DNA of 64,000 nucleotides from Escherichia coli 042 (GTDB lineage Bacteria; Pseudomonadota; Gammaproteobacteria; Enterobacterales; Enterobacteriaceae): NCBI RefSeq assembly GCF_000027125.1, contig NC_017627.1; one strand, 5' to 3'. Shown piece by piece: positions 40,154 to 50,503 of this stretch (position 1 is its first letter; each line of letters starts with the position of its first letter). The notes under the pieces were generated by a model. It saw only the letters and a program-made list of their open reading frames with translations, ran no database searches and was not told where the DNA came from. The position numbers and the translations under genes were made by a program.

Positions 40154-40165
40154 ATAATAACTTTT

Positions 40166-40190
40166 GGGCGGCTCGCCGCCCTTTAATTTT
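40166..40190 (+). terminator. Rho-independent terminator after aafA
   Basis: GGGCGG-CTCG-CCGCCC followed by TTTAATTTT. Confidence 0.6.
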
Positions 40191-40253
40191 GATCGCATGG
40201 CGGATCACACTGTTTAGCGACTCGATGGAATTCGTTGTATAGATCACTTTGCG
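40191..40253 (-). mobile_element. IS1414-like internal fragment cut by IS1
   Basis: GATCGCATGGCGGATCACACTGTTTAGCGACTCGATGGAATTCGTTGTATAGATCACTTTGCGG matches 32412..32475 with a few mismatches. Confidence 0.6.
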
Positions 40254-41021
40254 GGTAATGACTCCAACTTATTGATAGTGTTTTATGTTCAGATAATGCC
40301 CGATGACTTTGTCATGCAGCTCCACCGATTTTGAGAACGACAGCGACTTCCGTCCCAGCCGTGCCAGGTGCTGCCTCAGATTCAGGTTATGCCGCTCAAT
40401 TCGCTGCGTATATCGCTTGCTGATTACGTGCAGCTTTCCCTTCAGGCGGGATTCATACAGCGGCCAGCCATCCGTCATCCATATCACCACGTCAAAGGGT
40501 GACAGCAGGCTCATAAGACGCCCCAGCGTCGCCATCGTGCGTTCACCGAATACGTGCGCAACAACCGTCTTCCGGAGACTGTCATACGCGTAAAACAGCC
40601 AGCGCTGGCGCGATTTAGCCCCGACATAGCCCCACTGTTCGTCCATTTCCGCGCAGACGATGACGTCACTGCCCGGCTGTATGCGCGAGGTTACCGACTG
40701 CGGCCTGAGTTTTTTAAGTGACGTAAAATCGTGTTGAGGCCAACGCCCATAATGCGGGCAGTTGCCCGGCAGCCAACGCCATTCATGGCCATATCAATGA
40801 TTTTCTGGTGCGTACCGGGTTGAGAAGCGGTGTAAGTGAACTGCAGTTGCCATGTTTTACGGCAGTGAGAGCAGAGATAGCGCTGATGTCCGGCAGTGCT
40901 TTTGCCGTTACGCACCACTCCGTCAGTAGCTGAACAGGAGGGACAGCTGATAGAAACAGAAGCCACTGGAGCACCTCAAAAACACCATCATACACTAAAT
41001 CAGTAAGTTGGCAGCATCACC
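40254..41021 (-). mobile_element. IS1, complete 768-bp copy 2 (inverted relative to copy 1)
   Basis: It is the reverse complement of the IS1 sequence, with the insB frame at 40269..40646 and insA at 40691..40966. Confidence 0.95.
40691..40966 (-). CDS. insA: IS1 InsA
   Basis: 91 aa, identical to the 27080..27355 product. Confidence 0.92.
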
Positions 41022-41079
41022 AACTTCAGCCATCTCAATATGTTTATAGCAATCTCAAATAATGATATGAAACATGTTT

Positions 41080-41877
41080 TTATTGGCTTTTAAAATAAGT
41101 CAAGAATTGTTTTGGTGTTATGCCAAAATGTTTTACAAAAAGCCTAATGAAATATGATGTACTGGAAAATCCTATCATATTAGATATTTGTGATATCTGA
41201 TATGAGTTATCAAGCAACAGCAATGCTGCTTTGCTCATTCTTGATTGCATAAGGATCTGGTTAAAAGTAATATACTCTGACTCAAGCCTTTTCCTTATTG
41301 TTATCTCTGATACATTAAATTCATCTGCAATAATAGCTAGAGTCCATCTCTTTGATAAGTCTTTCTCGATTATGTTTCTGACTTTATCAGAAAAGAAGCT
41401 TACAGCCGATATATAAATTGACTCTATAATTTTTTTGTTGTTTTCGATCTTTGATATAAGATATATCAAATCTGAAGTAATTCTTGAATCATCATTATTA
41501 TCGATACTCTTGAATGTATCTAATACAGAATCGTCAGCATCAGCTACAATTATTCCTTTTGACCAATTCGGACAACTACAAGCATCTACTTTTGATATTC
41601 CGTATATTATCATCAGGGCATCCTTTAGGCGTCTTAATGTATCGCTGCTTAATCTGATTGCGATAAATGGATTTGCTGTTGATTTCTTCTTTTGCAATCT
41701 TACTGATATATTTATTCCTCTCTCAAGAAATATGAGTTCATTTCTAAGATATGTATTGCTTCCTTCTTTTGTGTATACATCGATTGTACAATTAGATGTA
41801 TATAGTACAGTGTACTGATGTATTCTGATATTGTTGATTTTTATAATCTCTTTTTCGATGTTTTGTTTTAATTTCAT
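41080..41877 (-). CDS. aggR: AggR, AraC/XylS-family master virulence activator
   Basis: 265 aa, MKLKQNIEKEIIKINNIRIHQYTVLYTSNCTIDVYTKEG..., with a C-terminal double HTH (...ISQISNMIGFSSTSYFIRLFVKHFGITPKQF). Confidence 0.97.
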   Translation of the reverse strand: MKLKQNIEKEIIKINNIRIHQYTVLYTSNCTIDVYTKEGSNTYLRNELIFLERGINISVRLQKKKSTANPFIAIRLSSDTLRRLKDALMIIYGISKVDACSCPNWSKGIIVADADDSVLDTFKSIDNNDDSRITSDLIYLISKIENNKKIIESIYISAVSFFSDKVRNIIEKDLSKRWTLAIIADEFNVSEITIRKRLESEYITFNQILMQSRMSKAALLLLDNSYQISQISNMIGFSSTSYFIRLFVKHFGITPKQFLTYFKSQ

Positions 41878-42050
41878 ATCATTCTCACATGAAAAAAATG
41901 TCTTTATCAGGCAATCTGCGTTAGAATGACCTAACTCTTATCAATAAAAAGATATATTTTTAACTCATATAAAATACGTTTGTTAATTTCCACATCGTCA
42001 TGTGGGATATGATTTTTACGCTTATAATTACAATAGGAAATTATTTATCG

Positions 42051-42395
42051 TATTCTTGCCCCCTTATTTCCAGACAGGGGTTGTATCTTAATTGCAGCTC
42101 AGTCTATGGCTTCACGATCGCAACAGTCCAGGGAGAACGTAACACACAGTTTTTCGCTATCATCGCAACCAAACTCAAAGCCATCGGAACACCAACGCTG
42201 GTTGATTTCCTTCACCGATATTCGGCCTTTATGTTCCCGCTGCTGTCGTGATGGTAACAGGCTATTTTCGCTCATTATCCGGTTTGCATTCACGAACGGT
42301 AGTCCTTCATTTCGGGACTGCCGCCTGAGTATCGCCCAGACACGGTGATACCCGTATGTTGGCATATAGCCAATAATATACAGGATGCGCGCCAA
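42051..42395 (-). mobile_element. IS2-group (IS3 family) fragment: right IR fused to mid-orfB
   Basis: The IR-like ...CTTGCCCCCTTATTTCCAGACAGGGGTTGTATCTTAA is joined to orfB residues (ORF 42099..42395) that parallel 45157..45430. Confidence 0.7.
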
Positions 42396-42606
42396 GGGAT
42401 ACAGCTACGATAATGCCTGCGTGGAAAGCTTCTTTCATTCGCTGAAAGTGGAATGTCCCACGAAGAACACTTTATCAGCTGGGAAATAATGCGGACAACA
42501 GTGTTTACGCTGGCGACTGCACAGTTGGTGTGGTGGTCTCAGCCCGGAACAATTTGAAAACCAGAACCTCGCTTAGACCTGTGTCCATATTACGAGGGTG
42601 GGATCA
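42396..42606 (+). mobile_element. IS3 right-end fragment
   Basis: The translation [20 protein letters not shown]...WCGGLSPEQFENQNLA* is followed by CCTGTGTCCATATTACGAGGGTGGGATCA (IS3 IRR), and it is degenerate. Confidence 0.75.
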
Positions 42607-42683
42607 ATCATAAAAAATGTCATTCCCAAAACGCTGGATAGGAATCCAGCGTGGAGAGTTGAAATTTTAGCTAGAGCTAGATA

Positions 42684-43034
42684 TTATTTAACCCATTCGG
42701 TTAGAGCACGATATTTTTGGACTCCAACCTTATTTGTCTTGTTAATGTCTTGGTTCGTATTTACAGGTGTGGAGGGGGTAACAACCCCTTTGAAGTTGCT
42801 TGTTGTGCCATCATTATAATAAAATACCCCAGAGACAGACACCCCCCTTACTTTCCCTTCATTAAGGCCTTGCATACATACTGAGACACCGCTGTTATAA
42901 GTATACTGTACTCCAGACTGTTTTATACATTGGGACGGGTCCACATTATCTGCGTTCCAACCGCTACCACCCGCAAAAGCATTCAGGCTGATACCCAAGA
43001 TGCCAGAAAAGATAACAAACTTAATTTTTTTCAT
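42684..43034 (-). CDS. aap: Aap, dispersin (anti-aggregation protein)
   Basis: 116 aa, MKKIKFVIFSGILGISLNAFA|GGSGWNADNVDPSQCIKQSGVQYTYNSGVSVCMQGLNEGK... Confidence 0.95.
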   Translation of the reverse strand: MKKIKFVIFSGILGISLNAFAGGSGWNADNVDPSQCIKQSGVQYTYNSGVSVCMQGLNEGKVRGVSVSGVFYYNDGTTSNFKGVVTPSTPVNTNQDINKTNKVGVQKYRALTEWVK

Positions 43035-43140
43035 ATGACTTCTCTCTAGATATTCCCCATGTATATAGAGGTATTTTTCACAATAAATAATTACGATATT
43101 TAGAGGTTATAATTCAGCCAATGCCGCCCCTCCTTTTAGA

Positions 43141-43179
43141 AGGCTAGCATAAATAAGAGTTGCGGCCAGATAAAAAATA
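43141..43179 (-). promoter_or_regulatory. Candidate AggR-dependent aap promoter
   Basis: On the minus strand: TATTTTTTATC (43179..43169), a 22-nt spacer, then TAGCCT (43146..43141), ~105 nt upstream of the ATG. Confidence 0.4.
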
Positions 43180-43306
43180 GCAACATATATCGAGTGTTAC
43201 TCGTTTCGACTGAGGGATGCCCATTTTTATTTTTATATTATTTTATAATACATGTTAACCATCCATTTGTAATTTAACAATACTAATATTTCTTTTGGAG
43301 ATAATT

Positions 43307-43521
43307 ATGAACAGAATATATTCGCTTAAATACAGCTCATTGACTGATGGACTGGACTTGTCGCTGTATCTGAATTAACTAGAAGAGTTTCGAGTAAAAT
43401 AAACAGAAAACTTGTAGCAACAATGCTGTCTCTAACTGTTGCAGGTACAGTAAATGCAGCGAATATTGATATATCAAATGTAGGGCGAGGGACTATCTTG
43501 ATCTTGCACAAAATAAAGGTA
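43307..43521 (+). pseudogene. 5' fragment of a second SPATE gene
   Basis: ATG 43307 gives MNRIYSLKYS (SPATE extended signal). After frameshifts it reads ...KINRKLVATMLSLTVAGTVNAANIDISNV...LDLAQNKG, paralleling Pet residues 1-75. It is cut near 43521. Confidence 0.7.
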
Positions 43522-43557
43522 TCTGTTCTTGCCCCCTTATTTGTATTAGCTCAGACC

Positions 43558-44715
43558 TGATCTGACAGTTACCGGTTATTTATACAGGTATCTGTCAGAT
43601 TACAACTGGCTTAAATTTTTCTCGGCCCAGATGCGCTTTCCATCAAGTAACGTTTCCATTGGCGTCCGCCCATTGCACATTTTTCCCTGATGGGTTCGCT
43701 CATTATTATAGTGAGCCAGCCATTCATCAAGATCCGACTGTAATGTATCAAGATCGCCGTACAGTTTTTTACGGAACGTTACCTGATAAAATTCGTTCAG
43801 GATTGTTTTATGGAACCGCTCGCAGATGCCGTTGGTCTGCGGGGACATCGCCTTTGTTTTCGTGTGTTCTATATCGTTTATTGCCAGATAAAGCTGATAA
43901 TCATGCTGCTCTACTTTGCCACAGTACTCCGTGCCTCTGTCGGTCAGTATTCTCAGCATCGGCAGGCCCTGAGACGCATAAAACGGCAGTACACGATCAT
44001 TCAGTAAGTCGGCCGCGGTAATCGGTGTTTTGGTGACGTAAAGCTTACAGTGAGCCACTTTCGAGGAACGTCTGCTGATAAATACGCCCGACACCTTTCA
44101 GGTTGCCTACATAGAACGTGTCCTGCGAACCCATATATCCCGGATGAGCCGTTTCGATTTCGCCACAGGCCTCGTCATCACTGGCTTTACGCTCCAGTGC
44201 TGCGATCTGGCTGTCAGTTAGCTCAATGCCATCACGGGCTACTTTTTCTTCCAGTGCTTTCAGACGTTTTTTGAAATTCTCAAGGTTATGGCGTAACCAG
44301 ACAGAACGGAAACCACTGCCGGAGATAAAAACGCCCTGTTTACGCAGCTCGTTGCTGGTCCGGTGCTGACCGTGTGCCGGGAAAGCGACGGCGTAATCAA
44401 CAACAGCCTGTTCAGTTGCCTCATCGGTACGGTTCTTAAGGTTAGGAGCGCGGCGACTACGATTAATCAGCGCATCCACACCGCCTTCATCGGCCAGCTC
44501 GCGGTAACGATAAAACGTATCACGCGAAACGCCCATGATTTTACAGGCTTTTGATACGTTGCTGAGTTCTTCAGCCAGATTGAGCAAACCGGCTTTGTGT
44601 TTGATAACGGGATTGGTAGTATGAAGCATGAGAGTTACCTCGTGTTTTGTATAAGAATTCGATACCCATATCAAAACCGGTAACTCTCAACCTTTCAAGG
44701 CTCAGTGTCAGATCA
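43558..44715 (-). mobile_element. IS481-family element with frameshifted transposase
   Basis: Terminal TGATCTGACA inverted repeats lie at 43558 and 44715. The transposase is split into ORFs 44045..44674 (HTH N-terminus) and 43600..44094 (DDE, ...PQTNGICERFHKT...). Confidence 0.75.
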
Positions 44716-44720
44716 AGTCG

Positions 44721-46034
44721 TGACTAATACACCTTATTTCCCGACAGGGGTTGTATCTTAAGTTAACGTTACCCGCTGACGTCGATATTCTCGCGGAGAG
44801 CGATAACCCAACGCACTGTGCGGATGGTTTTCATTGTAATGTTCGATCGCCACTGCAAGATTATGCAATGCCGTTCTTACATTCGGTTTCGGCATGAACG
44901 CGATGTAGTCTTCCTTCATCGTTTTCACGAACCTTTCTGCCATTCGATTACTCTGAGGACTGCTGATTGCCGTTGCGCAGGGCTCCTGATTCAACTCTCT
45001 GGCGAACTGCCGTGTTTCATGCGCTCTATACGCTGAACCGTTATCTGTCAGCCACTGGATGGACTGTTCCAGTACTTTATCGCCAAAGCGTTTTTCTATC
45101 GCTCCTAACATGACATCCTGCACTGTCGCTTTATCGTAACCTCCCGTGCTTGCGGCTCAGTCTATGGCTTCACGATCGCAACAGTCTAGGGAGAACGTAA
45201 CACGCAGTTTTTCGCTATCATCGCAACCAAACTCAAAGCCATCGGAACACCAACGCTGGTTGCTTTCCGTCACCGATATTCGGCCTTTATGTTCCCGCTG
45301 CTGTCGTGATGGTAACAGGCTATTTTCGCTCATTATCCGGTTTGCATTCACGAACGGTAGTACTTCATTTCGGGACTGCCGCCTGAGTATCGCCCAGATA
45401 CGGCGATACCCGTATGCTGGCATATCGCCAATGATATCCAGGATGCGCGATAAGACTTCTGCATCCGCAGCCTCATCGCGCCTCTGACGCCGTTTATCTG
45501 GATTATTATCAGATGACTTCATCCGTAATGTTAACTGCGCACGTGACACGCCCAGAACACGGCTTACTGGGGCTATTCCTTGTCCGAAGGTAACAAGGGC
45601 ACATGCGCTATCCATTTTCGCGATTGCGCATACTCCACCGCTTCTTTGAGGATCTCAACTTCCATAGTTTTCTTGCCCAGTAAACGCTGAAGCTGATTAA
45701 TCTGCTTTTTTTATTGCAGCGGCCAGTTCAGAAGCAGGAACAACGTCTTCAGCGGCAGCAATAGCAGTGAGGCTTCCTTCCTGGTATTGTTTCTTCCACT
45801 TAAACAACAGACTGGGCTGAATTCCATGCAAACGCGCCACGTGGGACACGGCCATGCCAGGCTCCATAGTCTGTTGAATAATTGCGATTTTTTTCTGAGG
45901 TGTTTTACGTTTACGCACCTCTTTTCCTAACAAAACGCCAGCCATCTCAAAATTAGAACTAGTGGTGTTAGACATATATCCAAGCCCATCTCTTATTTTA
46001 AGAGACATCTACTGTCTGGTATTTCAGGGGGTCA
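44721..46034 (-). mobile_element. IS2-group (IS3 family) element, 1314 bp, both ORFs inactivated
   Basis: IS2-like IRs (TGACTAATACACCTTATTTCCCGACA at 44721; the complement of TGACCCCCTGAAATACCAGACA at 46034). orfA (45697..46008) frameshifts in an A-run near 45705. orfB is split by a TGG to TGA change at 45154..45156 (ORFs 45157..45615 and 44758..45123). Confidence 0.8.
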
Positions 46035-46174
46035 GCTCACAAAATAAAGGTATCTTCCAGCACGGAGCAATAGACGTAACAATCACTTAAAAAAACGGAG
46101 ATAAGCCCTTTCCCATAATCTCTCAATTCCGGATTTTTCTGGTGCAGCACCTATTTAAAAATCTACATTGTGTC

Positions 46175-46213
46175 ATTATTCTATCCTTCCGATATCTTAT
46201 CATGTTATAAATT
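46175..46213 (+). promoter_or_regulatory. Candidate AggR-dependent aar promoter
   Basis: ATTATTCTATC (46175..46185), a 22-nt spacer, then TAAATT (46208..46213), 33 nt upstream of the ATG. Confidence 0.4.
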
Positions 46214-46245
46214 CCAGAAAAGAGAACATTGTATTGGGGGGATTG

Positions 46246-46437
46246 ATGAAGGCTGGAAAGAATTTTCATTCCTTGTCGAAACAAGCAGCTTCTGCAGAGA
46301 AGAATATGGATCTTGCACTTGCTTTTGAGCTCTGGAAACTGGCCTCTTTATTCTGTAAGAAAATAGAGAATATAGAGTGGTGCATGAATAGAGCAATGTT
46401 TTGCGAGGCTTATATAAGCAGAAATCAGGACGGTTAG
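46246..46437 (+). CDS. aar: Aar-like ANR-family small regulator (AggR-activated regulator)
   Basis: 63 aa from ATG 46246 (SD GGGGGGA): MKAGKNFHSLSKQAASAEKNMDLALAFELWKLASLFCKKIENIEWCMNRAMFCEAYISRNQDG. It is low-GC and helical, with the size and context expected of Aar. The assignment is from memory of the family, not a search. Confidence 0.65.
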   Translation: MKAGKNFHSLSKQAASAEKNMDLALAFELWKLASLFCKKIENIEWCMNRAMFCEAYISRNQDG

Positions 46438-46464
46438 AAAGTGTAGTCGTCAACAAAAACTGTC

Positions 46465-46528
46465 TAGACTGGCCTAATCTCTTATTTTAAGATACATCTA
46501 CTGTCTGGTATTTCAGGGGACCAGTCTA
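46465..46528 (-). mobile_element. IS2-family left-end remnant (64 bp) with TAGACTGG terminal inverted repeats
   Basis: 46477..46520 parallels 45990..46032. The segment starts TAGACTGGCC and ends GGACCAGTCTA. Confidence 0.55.
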
Positions 46529-46534
46529 AATAGT

Positions 46535-46808
46535 TGCGCGGAATAGTAGATCACTTTGAGGGAACTCAGCCCGGATTGTGCGATCTGAATCAATCGCCAA
46601 AAAGAAAAAATCACCAACCGGACTGAGCGATGCCGATCATAGCACCAATCCCCAGAACCGAACGACGCCTGATGCAGAAAACTATCCATAAAACAAAGGA
46701 CAAAAACCACGCCCGGCGGTTCACCGCCATGCTGATGCTGCATCGTGGTTACGCCGTCAGTTATGTTGCCAAAACGCTCTGCTGTGCCCGTTCATCGATT
46801 GGTCGCTG
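46535..46808 (+). mobile_element. IS630-family 5' fragment truncated by IS66
   Basis: ORF 46630..46812 (MPIIAPIPRTERRLMQKTIHKTKDKNHARRFTAMLMLHRGYAVSYVAKTLCCARSSIGRW) looks like an IS630-type N-terminal HTH. It is cut at the IS66 terminus. Confidence 0.5.
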
Positions 46809-46838
46809 GTAAGCGGCTCGTCAGAACCGTATTGATAT

Positions 46839-48410
46839 TTACTGAGAGCTCAGATCAACTTTCCAGGGCAACAGATCGCGTACCCGGTTTGCCGGCCAGT
46901 CCTGGATATGTTCAATGACGTAACGCAGCCACTTTTCTGGCTCCACATTGTTCAGACGGCATGTGCCGATCAGCGAGTACAACACCGCCGCATGTTCACC
47001 ACCGCTGTCGGAACCCGCGAACATCCAGTTTTTCCGGCCTACGGCCACTCCCCGTAAGGCGTTCTCTGCGATGTTGTTGTCGATTTCCACCCAGCCATTA
47101 CTGCAGTACACGTTCAGTGCATCCCACTGTTTCAGCAGGTATGCGAACGCTTTTGCCGTATCTGAGTGACGCGACAGTGTTTTCATCTGTTGCTGTATCC
47201 AGTCATACAGTGACTGCATCAGTGGCGCGGCTCTGGCTTTTCTTGCCGCCAGACGCTGTTCTGCTGAACAGCCCCGGACCTCTGCCTCGATGGCATACAG
47301 TTCACCGATACGCTGCAGGGCTTCCGTGGTGATGTAGGTGGGCGCTCTTGCATGCACATCGTGGATTTTTCTCCGGGCATTAGCCATACACGCGGCTTCC
47401 GTTATTCTGCCGGATTCGTATAACGCCCGGTAACCACCGTAAGCATCGGCCTGAAGCACACCGCTGTAACCGGCCAGGTGATTTTGTGGATGGATACCTT
47501 TCCGGTCCGGACTGTACGCGAACCAGACCGCCGGGGGCATCTGTGAACCGGCGTTACGGTCATCACGGACGTAGACCCACAGCCGGGCTGTCCGGGTTTT
47601 ACCGCTGCCCGGCTCCTGGACCGGGACGGGGATATCATCAGCATGGACTTTACCGGGCATCAGCACATACTGGCGCAGGACGTCATACAGCGGCTCCAGC
47701 AGTTCAGCAACAGCACCTGTCCAGCGCCCCAGTGTGGCACGGCTCAGCTCCACTCCCTGACGACGGTATATTTCTGACTGGCGGTATAACGGCAGATGGT
47801 CTGCATATTTCCCGGTGACAACATGGGCCAGAAGCCCCGCTCCGGCATAACTGCGTGCAATGGGTTTTGAAGGTACTGGTGCCTGCACGATATGGTCGCA
47901 CCGGCAACAGGCCTGTTTCGGACGTTGTGTTTCGATAACCTTAAAGGCGCTGCTGATAAGCTCCAGTTGCTCTGACACATCACATCCCAGAGAACTGAGT
48001 TCACCACCACAGGCAGGACAGCATTCCTCTTCCGGCCGGATAACCCGGGTTTCACGGGGAAGTGAGGCCGGTAACGGTTTACGGGCTGAAGACTGGCGCA
48101 GGGCGGATGGCAGTACCGGGTCATATTGCTCACCCAGCGTTTCCGCCATTTCTTCCTGAAGTGCGCTGATTCGCTCCTGTGCTTCCTGTATCTGCCGTTC
48201 GGTTTTTGCACGAAGTTTTTCTGAGCTTTTACCGAACTGCATACGTTGCAGTTTCGCAACCAGCGCCTTCAGTCGGTTGATTTCGGAAGCATAAGCCGCC
48301 ACCCGCTGTGAGAGCAGGCGGTTGTATTTCGCCATCTGTCGGATGGTGTCCTGTTGCGTCTGCAACAGTGCCCGCAGGCGGGCGTTCTCATGAGCAAGTG
48401 AGGTGTCCAT
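46839..48410 (-). CDS. IS66-family transposase TnpC
   Basis: 523 aa with a zinc-finger CPACGG...C and a DDE region. It is full length. Confidence 0.9.
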   Translation of the reverse strand: MDTSLAHENARLRALLQTQQDTIRQMAKYNRLLSQRVAAYASEINRLKALVAKLQRMQFGKSSEKLRAKTERQIQEAQERISALQEEMAETLGEQYDPVLPSALRQSSARKPLPASLPRETRVIRPEEECCPACGGELSSLGCDVSEQLELISSAFKVIETQRPKQACCRCDHIVQAPVPSKPIARSYAGAGLLAHVVTGKYADHLPLYRQSEIYRRQGVELSRATLGRWTGAVAELLEPLYDVLRQYVLMPGKVHADDIPVPVQEPGSGKTRTARLWVYVRDDRNAGSQMPPAVWFAYSPDRKGIHPQNHLAGYSGVLQADAYGGYRALYESGRITEAACMANARRKIHDVHARAPTYITTEALQRIGELYAIEAEVRGCSAEQRLAARKARAAPLMQSLYDWIQQQMKTLSRHSDTAKAFAYLLKQWDALNVYCSNGWVEIDNNIAENALRGVAVGRKNWMFAGSDSGGEHAAVLYSLIGTCRLNNVEPEKWLRYVIEHIQDWPANRVRDLLPWKVDLSSQ

Positions 48411-48429
48411 ATCCTCACTTTACAACGGG

Positions 48430-48777
48430 TTATATGCGGATTCCAGCGCGTTCCGTTCGTTTCGGGTGCTTCCAGTTGATACCTTCAAGAAGCATGGATA
48501 ACTGAGCCGGAGTAAGGTGCACCTTGCCGTCACGGGTGACTGGCCAGACGAAGCGGCCCCGCTCCAGGCGTTTGGTGAAGAGGCACAGTCCGTCACTGTC
48601 AGCCCACAACACTTTTATCTGGTCACCCCGGCGTCCGCGGAAGATGAACAGGTGTCCGGAGAACGGGTCATCCTTCAGGACGTTCTGAACTTTTGATGCC
48701 AGGCCGTTAAAGCCATTTCGCATATCGGTGATACCTGCAACCAGCCAGATACGCGAACCTGCAGGGAGAGATATCAT
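48430..48777 (-). CDS. IS66-family TnpB
   Basis: 115 aa, [31 protein letters not shown]... Confidence 0.88.
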   Translation of the reverse strand: MISLPAGSRIWLVAGITDMRNGFNGLASKVQNVLKDDPFSGHLFIFRGRRGDQIKVLWADSDGLCLFTKRLERGRFVWPVTRDGKVHLTPAQLSMLLEGINWKHPKRTERAGIRI

Positions 48778-49454
48778 CAGTGGCTGCTCCCTTTTATTTC
48801 GCGGATAAGTGTCTGTAATAACGCCGGCGTCAGTTTACCTTTAAGCCTGAGAGTTCCGGCCGGCAGAACCAGCTCACAACACAGACTGTCGGACGGTGTA
48901 TTTATCTGCTCTGGTTCCTGTGCGGGGGCCGGGATTTTATTATCCGGCTCCGGCGTTAACGTCACGGGAAGCAGTGCCGGCATATTTTTTCCGGAAGGCA
49001 GCAGGCCACCTTTCCGGTATTGATGGCGCCAGTTGAAGAGCAGGTTATCGTTGATTCCGTTTTCCCGGGCGATCTGCGCCACACAGGCTCCGGGCTGCAG
49101 TGACTGCTCCACTAAGGCGATTTTAAACTCATAAGGGAAGTTGGGCCGCCGGGGACGTTTTTTTACCACGGGGGCTTCGGATATAACGGTGCTTTCAGGA
49201 CGTACGACTGGTACCGTGGAAAATTGTCCGTAAAGGCAGGCATCAAGTTCCTGCTCCGACATGCCTGCGGGCAAAGGCCACGAAAGGCCAGCTCTCCGAA
49301 AGCGCACGAACATACTACAAACTGTTGATTTTGGTACACCCAGGCGACGCCCGGCCACAACCCGGGGTAAATGTTCTTCAAAGTGAAGACGTAAAGCTTC
49401 AGTGATCCAGGTCCGGTGTTTCATACGATAGTGTCCATTAAAAATGATGGACAT
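48777..49454 (-). CDS. IS66-family TnpA with N-terminal HTH extension
   Basis: 225 aa. The C-terminal half parallels 11680..12081 (FPYEFKIALVEQSLQPGACVAQIARENGINDNLLFNWRHQY). Confidence 0.8.
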   Translation of the reverse strand: MSIIFNGHYRMKHRTWITEALRLHFEEHLPRVVAGRRLGVPKSTVCSMFVRFRRAGLSWPLPAGMSEQELDACLYGQFSTVPVVRPESTVISEAPVVKKRPRRPNFPYEFKIALVEQSLQPGACVAQIARENGINDNLLFNWRHQYRKGGLLPSGKNMPALLPVTLTPEPDNKIPAPAQEPEQINTPSDSLCCELVLPAGTLRLKGKLTPALLQTLIREIKGSSH

Positions 49455-49507
49455 TATTTTTGTAGAGCCGGAGGAAACAGACCAGACGGTTTAAATGAGC
49501 CGGTTAC

Positions 49508-49714
49508 GATGGTGTGTCATCTCTGCATTGAGAGCGGCTTCAACGCTGAGCTTTTTCAGCAGCCGATCAAACTGACTGAGGTCTTCAGGGGTTTTGAGGT
49601 TTTTGGCCAGTTCGTTAGCCAGAGCCTGTAACTGTTTTTCGTCCATAAATTAACCTTCATTTGATGCTGGATTGAACATATCAAAATCAGGCAATTACAC
49701 AAATCTATGTACAG
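49508..49714 (-). mobile_element. IS1414-type left-end fragment (second copy), truncated by IS66
   Basis: 49516..49714 repeats 34552..34750 almost exactly and extends 8 nt further into the transposase (…MTHH). Confidence 0.8.
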
Positions 49715-49755
49715 ACTCAACCGGGTTGATGAACTCCTGCCATGGAACGTAGTAC

Positions 49756-49935
49756 TCACCAATAAATAAGCGTCAATACGGTGCTCCGTTGACGCTTACG
49801 AATGGTGGAATGACTGAGTGGACCTAACTGCAGGGCGATAGCCCGGACAGATAATTGCTCGTCGAATCTTAGACGTAATGCGTCTGGCAAATAAGAGCGA
49901 AAACCGGTGATATCTTTTGCTGTCTGAGAATTCAT
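49756..49935 (-). CDS. Possible 59-aa HTH protein (IS-related?)
   Basis: Hand-translated: MNSQTAKDITGFRSYLPDALRLRFDEQLSVRAIALQLGPLSHSTIRKRQRSTVLTLIYW. It resembles the N-terminus of the 48777..49454 product, has no clear SD, and a 9-bp-stem hairpin lies inside the 3' end. Confidence 0.3.
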   Translation of the reverse strand: MNSQTAKDITGFRSYLPDALRLRFDEQLSVRAIALQLGPLSHSTIRKRQRSTVLTLIYW

Positions 49936-50185
49936 CGTTCGTGTCCATCAATATAGATGGACGCGATTGTTGCCAGACAGGACAACCATCACAAGACGTT
50001 ACAGACGGAGCGCTTACTTTTGTGAAATTAATCAAAAAATATAAAATCACGACTTAATACGGAAAAAACTCTGTGCTACTCAGAACTGTCCGGTCATACT
50101 TCCCGACCGGATATTAAAAAAAGCAAATCTCATAAACTTCTTTCAGCCTTCTGAATCCCTGGAGTAATGAAGGCTGCTTTTTTCG

Positions 50186-50398
50186 TTACACCCTTCCCCG
50201 GCTGCGCCGGTGGCAGTGTTCAGCCCTTTTTCGGGCAAACTGCTGCCAGTCTGTCCGGGGCGCAACACCGGCAGCCCGTCGCCATGCTTCTGCCGCTTCC
50301 ATCCAGCGTCCACTGACCTCCAGAATAACGGCCCGGCTTCCGGCACGCTGCCAGCGCCAGACCTGACCGTTCCGTGAACTGTTTCTGAATCCATTCAT
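50186..50398 (-). CDS. ANR-family-like small protein of the IncF backbone (70 aa)
   Basis: ATG 50398 with SD GAGGAG. MNGFRNSSRNGQVWRWQRAGSRAVILEVSGRWMEAAEAWRRAAGVAPRTDWQQFARKRAEHCHRR... shares the W-x3-A...W...RA..C helix pattern with the aar product. Confidence 0.5.
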   Translation of the reverse strand: MNGFRNSSRNGQVWRWQRAGSRAVILEVSGRWMEAAEAWRRAAGVAPRTDWQQFARKRAEHCHRRSRGRV

Positions 50399-50503
50399 CT
50401 TTATCACTCCTCTTTAACCCGTCAGTATTATGGTGTTAAATAATCTACTGAATTGGCTTCCTTTCGGGTACGGAAGTTATTTCCTTTTAAGCCTTATTTC
50501 CCT

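Larger units (their letters stand above)
46809..49507 (-). mobile_element. IS66-family element (copy 2), apparently complete (2699 bp)
   Basis: Termini GTAAGCGGCTCGTCAGAACCG (46809) and the complement of GTAACCGGCTCATTTAAACCG (49507). It has three intact ORFs. The 8-bp flanks (GGTCGCTG / GATGGTGT) differ. Confidence 0.88.
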
